Origin: Eledone cirrhosa
Taxonomy: Eukaryota
Length of the DNA: 64,000 nt
Reading direction: 5' to 3'
NCBI GenBank assembly: GCA_964016885.1
Contig: CAXHJY010001661.1
Span: forward strand, 22,450-86,449
Part shown: positions 53,730-64,000 of the stretch, piece by piece
Position numbering within the stretch: position 1 is the stretch's first letter
Layout: each line of letters starts with the position of its first letter
Notes under the pieces: model-generated
Databases searched by the model: none
The model's input: the letters and a program-made list of their open reading frames with translations, nothing else
What the model was told of the DNA's origin: nothing
Translations under genes and position numbers: made by a program

Positions 53730-53896
53730 TCTCTGATGATATGAATGAGATGAGTGGAAAATATAGGTTGTGCTAAGTGTTGGGTTTTGTGCTTAGCTGT
53801 TAGTATATTTTTTACTTCCATATACTGGAATCTTTGCTTAAGTGAATCTCTTCTCTTAGCTATATACACCTTTCACTTGTTGAAACACATGTCAGA
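53730..53896 (+). ncRNA. Candidate Penelope-type hammerhead with very long stem II (decayed)
   Basis: TCT-CTGATGA (53730-53739) ... GAAA-CACATGT-C-AGA (53882-53896); the roughly 140-nt insert is only loosely self-complementary. Confidence 0.4.
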
Positions 53897-54091
53897 AAAA
53901 TAAATGTCTTATATTCCTTCTAAACTTTTGAATTTCTTTTTATTATTATTATTATATAAGATCGTATGAACAGGACGTTGTCATCTGATCTGATATGTTT
54001 TAGAATGTGACAATGCAGCTAACACATACAAGTGTGGGAAAATGGATGTTAAGCGATGGTGATGATATATGTATATGTGTGTATATATATA

Positions 54092-54149
<58 letters not shown>

Positions 54150-54844
54150 AGCCTGAATGAGAAAGTAAAATACAAATTGAAAACAGAATTTAGTATATTT
54201 TTTATCACCTACTCTACTTCAACTCTTTGTGTTTCTTCTTCCTCTCCCTCATATTCCATTACACCTTTCAGTCTTCTTTTCTTGACACCTTCTTTTACAC
54301 AAGGAATTTAAACTCAGGATTTCAACATTTCCCAAGTGACAATATGTAGAAAAATATTTGGATTGCTAAACTAAAATCACTTAAATTATAGCAACTTTAT
54401 ATGTAATTTTGTATACACATATCATTATCAAACATACACTTATAGTCTCACTGATGCACCTGTACAAATCTATAAAAAAACAAGCAGAATTTATATAAGG
54501 AATTGTGTTAATTTTTTCTCTTTGAATATTAACATACTAAATTATTTAATACAGTTTAAGTAAAATTCAATCGTCTAATATACTAAAATCTTAATAAATT
54601 TTTTCTATAATGTTATCATAGATATTCACTTCCATTTGATATTTACCTTATACTCTACTACACCTAATGAATATTATTATATTTTCTTTTAGTTTCCTGA
54701 AATATAAGAAGCAGCTTTTTTAATTCTCATGATTTTATGGAATTATATTAAAATTCTTAAATACTTAACACTAGATATGAAATATTTCATTTTTTTCAGA
54801 AATCTTTAATATTTTCTCTATATCATGTTAAATATAATTGTAAT

Positions 54845-54897
54845 TTGAATTTTACTTTCAGGTAAGAAAGAATGAATTTTGATAAATATAGGTAAAG
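54845..54897 (+). promoter_or_regulatory. Candidate recursive splice site (AG|GT) with 30-nt cryptic exon
   Basis: TTTTACTTTCAG|GTAAGA at 54861/54862 and a second donor AG|GTAAAG at 54891/54892; motif evidence only. Confidence 0.3.
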
Positions 54898-57800
54898 TTA
54901 CAACTTTTACATTTTCTATTTTATTTGTAAATTTTTAAACTAAATTCTTAGATGCTTTAAAAAATTTAGTCTTTTTATATCTGTATTGATATTAAATATA
55001 TAATAATGTATATGGTATGAAATATTTGAAACTAGATTATAAAGCCCCTTCTTACCTCTGTCAGTTTTAATTTTCATTTTAAATGGGAGTTCACTACAGT
55101 GATTATTTTGGTTTTTATTTTTGACATGCTTTTTATTTAATGCTTAAGTCAACAGATAGAGTATTATTTTTTCATGAAAAAAAAAAAAAGCAAATATATT
55201 GTTGCGATATAATCTCATAATTCCTCTAAAGAGTTAAGAATGTTATCTTTACTTTTATCTCCTATAGTGAAGTGAATTATTTCAGTTTAATATATGTCAG
55301 CCTTATAAATGATTAACAATTTGATAAGTAAATTACAAGTGCCATTCTTAATATTACAATCACTATGGTCTCAACAGTGTGTTTCTAACTCAATTTTTTT
55401 TATAAACACAATACTTCTGAGCTAAAGGTTTTATTGTTTATTATCATCCTGGTAATACCTCAATGCTTTGTAACTGAATGTATTCTATCTGTGATGTCTA
55501 ACTTTGAAAGACTTAATTACTTCTTCACAAGTCTTCATGGTGGAAGTAGATATAGTATATTTTAAATCTTGGTAATTTTCATTAAGTACATATGGGTTAA
55601 TTAAAGCCAAATGTTTCAAAAAAGGTATTTACCTGCATGTATTTCATAGAATTGATGACATTAGCAGGCTTTGGTTGCACCACATGTTAGCATGTAGTCT
55701 TAACTTCAACTACAACCTTTTAGATAAAACTGAATTGTTTAATGCAAATATCTTTTATGCTTTTGGTATTTAGTTGCTCACAACACATTCTAAAGTGGAG
55801 GCAAGAAATTTGGTGATCCTGTCTTTGTCTTTTCTACAGCTATTTCTGTTGCTCCCACACTTCAGAACATCGTTTGTCTCTTGTCACCCATATTGTTTCC
55901 CCTCTCTGACCCCACACTAACTATAACGCCCAGTAGTTCCACTTTAGAACTTCAAACTTCTGAAATTCCAACTGCACTTTTACTTCATCCATCAATTTGC
56001 ATATGTTCAATTGAAACATTAACCATAATTCCTCATTCCTATTAACCATAATTCCTATTACTGGAGTATCTGCCAATATGATGACCATATCCTCTTTCTT
56101 GTGACAAAAGTAATAAACAGATACAGATTAATCACATCATTAAAAACGGACCCTAGACCATTATCATGTGAATGCAGTAGAAAATAAAAAAGAAAACATT
56201 ATCCTGTATAATGATTCTTATATGTCATTTTACATAATGCAAATAGTAGTTTCAGAAAGTTATGACTTTTTTTCTGCTTTCATTTCTGAAGAAAATAGAG
56301 GTTTTGGCTTTATTATATTCAGAATACCCACTAACCTGAAACATTTTACACTCTTTCTTAACATATTTTCAAAATGAATAAAAGTAAATTTTCTGTAATG
56401 AAGCATGGGTTTTATATTTTGGAGCAAAATCAAACATGTGAATCCTTAAATCATATTAAATTCATAAACCCAGTACAATATCAGAATTTGGAAAAAATAT
56501 AAAATATGAGTTTTAAGAAACATTTTGTTGGCCTTGTTTAATAGTATTCCATACAATTAAAAGAATCCAGAAAATTCTCATGAAATTTTAATATATGCTG
56601 TATTTCTTGCATTGTTCTAAAACAAGTTTGTGCCTATAGGGACATGTGGTTCTAATAATCAAAGGGTCACAATTTAAACCTGCATAATTTTTCTATCTGA
56701 TAATACCAACTTTAACTCATCTGATGGTGTATATTTGCTAATTAGCTTACAAATATATAAGGAAAATTATGTAACACAATTGATATTCTTCATTCTTTAA
56801 TTTTTTATCTATATATCCTCTTTCGAATATTCTTTTGTAGAATTCATTCTTTTGTAGAATTCATTTCATTTATATGATCTATGGTATGTTACATACTCAG
56901 CAAATTGTTTCTCTTGATAACAAACCAAATAAAACAGTCTTTGGTTCTATGATAGTAAGCTGTAAATATTCCATCATAAGTTTTTTATAAACCCCATCCA
57001 AACATCAACAAAATGACACAGGTAGCTGTATAATTAAATTCTTCCAAATTCTTGATTATTTTCAAAATTATTTTTGCTATTATTCACATAAATACTGAAT
57101 AAGATATGTAAATGACAGTTTTTACATTTAGTTTGTGTATGAGAGCACTGTTTATAGCCCTTCTAGAGCTTTAGATACTGGTGTAAGTTTTGTGGTTGAC
57201 ACTCAGGTTAAACACCTGATTGTCAAAGACTATAGAGAGGTCCAATAATTTTCAGAGAGAGAAATATTGTGGAAATACATTGTATGGTGCTTGATTGGTG
57301 AAACGAGGAATGGCATGAACAGAAAAGATATGTTCATGAGTGGGATTAGAGTGTGACATGCAAATATTGTAAACACTGATTTTAAACTATTTTATAATTA
57401 ACATTTGTAATCTTATGAAACAAAATGCTTTCATACATATGAATTTTGATTCTTATGTTGATCTGTTTTACATATTCATTGTTTGCATTTTAATCTTTGG
57501 AGAGGAAAATGTGTTTGTGGAATTGCTATAAAGTTGGCCACAATAGTAGCAATTAGAAGATATATATGGCAGCAACATTGTTAATTAGGCTTGATTCAGT
57601 AATATGAAAGCAAATGCCTGGATATAAGAGAAAATCTAAGTACAATAAAACGACTAGTATTTAAAAACATTATTCTATTGCAGCAGAAAAAAGAAAAATA
57701 TTTTGACAGTTATAAATGTGAATAAGATAAGCTCTGATAAATGTATATATGAATACTCTTGAGTTCTGACAAATGATGTATAAATGTATAATCTAGAGTT

Positions 57801-59299
57801 CCATCAAATATTTCTTTCTTTTTTTTTTTTTTTTTGGTTATAGTTAAATTTTTGAATGTTGCAATAAAATGGGAAACAGAATCAGCTAATCATTAATATG
57901 TTAAAAGCCATCATGAAATTATATCTTTAGCCTCACATAAGCAATTTTCCACTGCCAAAATCTATATGCTAAGAAAATATATAGTATATAGTATTTATTG
58001 TATGCATGCAGCTGCACGTTGTGTTCTTGAGCAAAATATTTTGTTCTATGTTGCTCTTCCTGCCAGAAAATACACCTGGTAGATAGTATCAAAGTGGAAA
58101 AAAACAATGTAAACATTTCTTTGTGAGTCTTATTTGACAAGTGGCTTGTTTCCTTATAAACTTTCTTCATGCATAATGCAAGCCTGAATTTTTTTTTTTG
58201 TTTGTTTTTTTTGTTGTTGTAAAAATACTGATTTCTTCATCAGAGACATATAATCTAAACCTAGATATGGTTCAATACTAGTAGGAATACTTTATTACTG
58301 ATTAAGATGTTGGATATATTCTTTAGCAAATAAGTGTAATTAATCAGATTATCTGAATACATTTCTTTTTTCAGCTATACCATATGCTTTCTATAGTTTC
58401 CATGTCTTTTTACATAGTCACTCTAAAATATTGAGAAATATCACATAAAACACCTAAATGAATATATGCAGATATATTTTTCTTTTGTTCTTGCTGACCA
58501 AATGAATGACACTGTTATAAATTATCAGCAACCATACTAGTAAGCTTTTTTACCCCTCTGTGGCCTGGTTTCTTTCTTTTTGATGCTACATAAAGGGCAA
58601 CACCTCGTATGCTATGTATGTCACTTAAAAACTACAAATACCTTATACTAATGAAGAATTAATGCAAGTGTCTTCTTTTCTCAAATCTATGTGCATCTTT
58701 TTTGCTCATGTTTATATCACTGAGGTACTGCATTTGCAAAGATATGCTTACCCTAGGTTCTTTGTTCTGGCACCAAACATTCATAGATATTAATCCTTCT
58801 AAACAAATATCTGTATATAGTGTGATACACTGTTTTTTGTGTAAAAATGTAATTCTAAAACATCGCACAATACCCGAGTATATATGGTGCATACAATTAC
58901 TTGGCTTATTTGAAATCAGTTTCAAATATTGGACAGCAAGTTAAAGTAATGAATGATAGAGAAATTTCAGTCATTTAATCTTAGATCATTTTGTATATAT
59001 TTTATATATGAAATATCTGAGTAGTCAATTGCACATATATGTGTCTATCTATCCATATATCTGTCTGTTGATTCATTTGCAAGCAAACCGCCTCATAATG
59101 CCATGTGTTTTAGACAACTATTGTCATCCTTTTCATCTAGCAGTAACAGGGAGAAACAATCAACAATTATTTCGGGGTTATTGCCCCTTGTCAAGATTGT
59201 GTATTTCCGTTTCTGCTACTCATTAGCAATCTTGAAAAAAATATAGTATTCTCTAAAGTATGCAATGGCGGATTAGCCTATTTGCATACCGAGTGATTT

Positions 59300-60210
59300 T
59301 ACAGCTTTTTGTCATGACACCTGCATGACAACTTTACAGTGGAAGTTTGGTGGGAGATTTGAGAGATGGATATATGGCCGTGTATGAGGGGTGGATTTAT
59401 AGGATGGGGAAGGTATATAGAGGGGGGGGGGATTGAAAGTGAAGGTGCATACCAGATATATGTTTCAGCCTGTGCTCATGGGAAGGCGGGTCTTCTGTAT
59501 TACTGCATAATGTCAGAGATCCAAATCTTCTGCCATCGCCCTTTGAGAGGTGCAATCGTGCATGGTCAGTTTTTATCTCCTCATTCCAAATATTTCCTGG
59601 GTCTTCCTACTCCATAGGATCCATCAACTTTCAGTGCTCTGCACCTTTTTATATAGCTGTCATGCTGCTAATTTGGTCTACCAAACCATCCCAGAATTTG
59701 ATAGCACTTGTTTCCTGTGTTTGATTGCTACTTACTGCTCTGGTGTAATTGCTACATATAAAACCTATGTTCTTACCTGAGATCCTACTACATCTCTTTT
59801 GTACCAATAGTTTGCATTTGGGATAGTGGTTGGAATTTCTATCTACACCTTTTCTACACACTGAGCAAAGTCATTTAACTGGGGGGAGGGGGGTCACAAC
59901 CCTGTTTTCCCTTCTACTTACTTGGACCTTAGTCTTTGTCAGGTTGACTTTAATATCCTTTGTTTCTAGGCCATGCATCCAAGTTTGGAATTTGTTCTCT
60001 AATACTGCCATAGATTCAGCTATGAGTGTAAGATCATCTGTATACAGGAGTTCCCATGGGCAGCTAGTAAAAAAACTCCTCTGTTATAGCCTGCATAATA
60101 AACAGGAGAGGACTAATAACAGAGCCCTGGTGGACACCAACCTGCATGCTAAATTCCTTGATATACTCACTGTTAATCGTAACTTTCCTGACTGCTCCCC
60201 TATACATGGC
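59300..60210 (-). mobile_element. Decayed RTE-clade LINE with internal deletions
   Basis: Reverse-strand similarity to 16140-17300 (CPWELLYTDDL, CRKGVDRNS..CPKC region, 3' ORF end). Confidence 0.85.
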
Positions 60211-60342
60211 ATGTATGTGCATATAAATGAGATGTTACTATTTAATATTTAAGACTAATAATTCTATTAATACTCTATATCTAAGTAAAGTAGTGTGTAT
60301 ATAACATTTCACAATAGAATGCCAAATGATCAATCTTACAGA

Positions 60343-60390
60343 GTTTTGATGGCAAAATGGGAAATTAATCTTCCATTTTGCCATCAAAAC
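60343..60390. repeat. Inverted repeat, perfect 18-bp arms
   Basis: GTTTTGATGGCAAAATGG ... CCATTTTGCCATCAAAAC. Confidence 0.85.
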
Positions 60391-60437
60391 AATTTATGTT
60401 TGAACATTGAGCATCCTATCTCATAATATGTGTGTGC

Positions 60438-60478
<41 letters not shown>

Positions 60479-60481
<3 letters not shown>

Positions 60482-60710
60482 TCATCATCACCGTTTTACG
60501 TCCGTTCTTCCACTCTAGCATGGGTTAGACAGGTTGTCTTGTTGTGGGCAGTGTCCGGTCGGTTGACCTTGTCTTGTTCATACGGGAACTGATTCTGGCT
60601 TGATTTCTACAGCTGTATGCCCTTCCTAACACCAACCTCATTTACAGTGAGTGCTGGGTGCTTTTTTTTTTACGTGGCACCTCCACGACCACTTTGCAGT
60701 GGAATGATAG
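60479..60710 (-). mobile_element. RTE 3' UTR fragment
   Basis: Near-identical to 50535-50730; (ATC)n tail abuts (TA)n. Confidence 0.9.
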
Positions 60711-60765
60711 GGACTCCAGTCCTATCATCTCATTTCTACAGCTGAGTAAACTGGAGCAATGTAAA

Positions 60766-60817
<52 letters not shown>

Positions 60818-63800
60818 CTAAGCTGTATTTGTTCTAAATCTCAGTCCTCTGAGTTTACTATTTACTGTCTTACTCCTATACAGACTTGTGCACAAAATAA
60901 TCATTACTTTTAAAGAAAAGGTACTTGTTAGTGCCAGAATGATATCTTTAAGTTAATGTGTACTAACACGCTATCATGTCTTAAAAAGAAAAAAAAACAG
61001 TTTATATCTTATTTAATGGTTGTCTTCAAACCTGTGATATGAAGAGAAATAAACTGACATTATTTTCTAAACTAAGATCTCAATCATTAAATTAAAAATA
61101 GTGAGTACTATAACAGAGGAGAACATATTTTGAATAAGTAAAATACTTTTGATATACATCATTGTTTAGTTTAGGATGAAGCAAAAGAATACATGATTTG
61201 TATAGTACTGATGGAATATGTGATTTTTTAGTTCTGATAGGGTATACAGACATTACATTCTTGTTGCTATCTATCAATATTACTGGTTCACAAATGTTAT
61301 ATCTAACATCATTTCTTCAGTTAAACCCATTATATTTCTCATTTCTCTGAAAATCAAATGCTATCTTAGCTCATTTACTGTAATCTGAAGAAAAATCAGA
61401 TAGATATTTACTATGTGATAAAAAGCAACTAAATTTTGAAAGAATATTCCTAAAATCACAAAACTATATATTTTTGTTTCTGAAATGTTATTTTAAGTGA
61501 CTATTGTTTTGGATCATTTTTACCAGCAGATTAAGTGATAAGAGTATTTTCTAGGATTGAAAATAGATTATGACTATGCACAAATATCATTACATATAAG
61601 CTAAAAATAATATGTAGTAAATACTGAAACGAAATTATACGATCTCTAGTTGAGATAACATATATTGACTATAGAAACACAGTACTTTATTTCTCAATGT
61701 AAAACAATGATAAACAGAATGTTCAAATAAGTTTTCATTCCAAATTTAAATCTTTCCATATACTATACATATATTTTCTCATCATCATCATTGCTTTTAT
61801 ATCTCCTTTATCCATGCTGACATGAGTTGGATGAGATGTTTGGTACAGTGTTTTATGATCAGATGCTCTTTCTAACGCCCATCTAGTTGTCTCAATGGGT
61901 TTGAATGGCACAACTTTTTATTTAATCTAATAAATTGAAAGTGAATTAAAAATTATTTCATCATCATAATCATTTTCTGTTAGTTTTTCAATACACATAT
62001 GGGTTTCAGGTGAAATCTTACACAATATTGAAAAATTAACCCATTCATCAATATCATCATCTTCTTGACTCACAGCTTTATTTTTATGAACAGTATTGTT
62101 TTGATTTTCGTTTTTATGTTATTAGGTATTTTAAGGATAGGTTTAATGATCCATTTAGCAAGGCATATCATTAATAATATATATTTCATCCTGGTCAATT
62201 AAACAATCGTATCCTAGGTTGTTCCCAGTCTTGTGAATACACTAGATTCCCACCCAATATGCAACTTATATTTATCAATATTTTAGGGTGTCTCATTCAA
62301 ATGTTGTACAGTAGTTTCTTTACACTAAAACTCTCTTCTTACTTTCAAACATCCATGAATTTCTTTAAGAAGAATTAACATATGTTATAATAGGATTAAG
62401 AGATGGGTTTCAGACACATATCTCGCTTGCTTTGATCTTACTTTTAGAAAACTCAAGTGACTGTTACCAGTCATACACGTGATATGGCGTTTCTCACTAT
62501 CACATTGAATAACAATATATTCTCATTGAATATTTTCTCAAAATCAAGTTAAGAGTAATTATCAGTCTGATAATGCAAATGGTTTTACTTTTTTTTTATT
62601 TAAATATGAACCTTATAACACAATCCTCAGAGACTCTTTTTGCATTCCACTGCCACTTAAAATTTGAATGGCTCACTATTTTCTTTATAAATCACAGTCT
62701 ATTTTTTATTAGATTTTCAAAATAGTTCTACACATAGTATCTCATTCAAATCTTTGTCATAATACAGATATTTTTAACTTTACAGAATTTGATAATTTGA
62801 TAATTATGGGTAATGTCTTTCCACATTGGACACCAAAATAAAATGATCTTCAGGTTTAAAGGAAAAAATATGTATTGATTCATTTCATTTTATCATTATG
62901 ATTTGTCCTTATATCCCAAACCAACTTATTATAGTGATCAAGAAGGCTATATTGAACTGGATATGTCTTTGCAAATGTTGAATTCTCTTTCTTTAGCATT
63001 TTTCGAATATATTTGTTTAAATGACTATGTTCAAGATATTTCAATAAAAGAATGCTGTTTTATTGATTTGGTGATTTATATGCTGTATAATTAATTGATA
63101 CAATCAAATATATTAATTAAAAGAAAACAAAAAAATGAAACAACTACTCTTCATCTACTACCCTGCATAGGTAATAAAATTATCTATGATATTTTAATTA
63201 AAAATATTTGTGCTATTAAAATAAAGAATTCTATTTCTAAATTCTTGTTATAAATTATTAATAAATTAACATTCTATGATTTGATATCTTCATAAAATAC
63301 TCTTGCTTGATGTCTAAGTTGATAAACACAGCACAAAAGTAAATAATAGAAATTTGAGAATTTCTTTTCTCAGGTATTATATGTTTTAGCAAATGATATA
63401 AGTTTAGGTAAAAGTTTGTAAATAAGATTTGCTATTATTTTAATTATTTCAAGATAATATCATATTTCATCATTAATACTGTTGAAATTTCATTAATTTT
63501 CTACACATTCTGCAGACCACAGTTGTTTAAAACTTTACTTTCATAACGTAATGAAAATAGTTTGTCTTCCTAGCCATTCAACTAAAATCTTGAAAGATTA
63601 ATGACATAATTTTAATGAGTGATTGAAAACTAAGATATTGCATCAGGTATGAAGTCTTCTATTAGACACATATTAAACTAAATATAGTTGTTTATAATAT
63701 TTATATTGCATCTTTAAGGTTTAATTGTAATGAGGTTCTATAAATGAACCACGACTACACTTGACAGAGCTTTTTAAATATATTAACAAGAGATTCAACT

Positions 63801-64000
63801 CTGTTAAATTTTTATAGATTACTAGTAAAAACTGATTGCTACACTACCGATAAAAATATATGTTAATCATGAATATACATTTGTTACTATGATTTTACCA
63901 TATTGTTGAATTATTCTTTAAAATATCTATCTCTCTTTCACATACACACACACACTCTCTCTCACAACATTTCACACATACATGTAGGAGGGGAAAACGC

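Overview
This is an AT-rich eukaryotic, repeat-dominated window. The SINE, RTE and Penelope repertoire and the dense (TA)n/(ATT)n/(GAT)n microsatellites look like a coleoid cephalopod, probably Octopus (inference). I could not support any host protein-coding exon, so the window reads as intergenic DNA or a very long intron. All recognisable coding sequence is retrotransposon-derived. It includes a full-length but disabled L1/Tx1-clade LINE sitting inside a (TTA)n tract (2937-8970), older Tx1 fragments, several RTE-clade LINEs, a CR1, decayed R4/Dong-like, CRE-like and Penelope-like elements, about 14 copies of a tRNA-derived SINE, and a few DNA-transposon MITEs. The most notable observations are: (i) an intact-looking Penelope-type hammerhead ribozyme on both arms of a perfect 177-bp-arm palindrome, plus two further hammerhead candidates; (ii) a run of GNRA/UUCG-capped hairpins in the Tx1 5' leader; (iii) a SINE that repeatedly inserts at ATTATT, stacks in tandem at one site and often leaves fold-back inversions at its 5' junction; (iv) a candidate recursive-splicing AG|GT site followed by a 30-nt cryptic exon with stops in all three frames.
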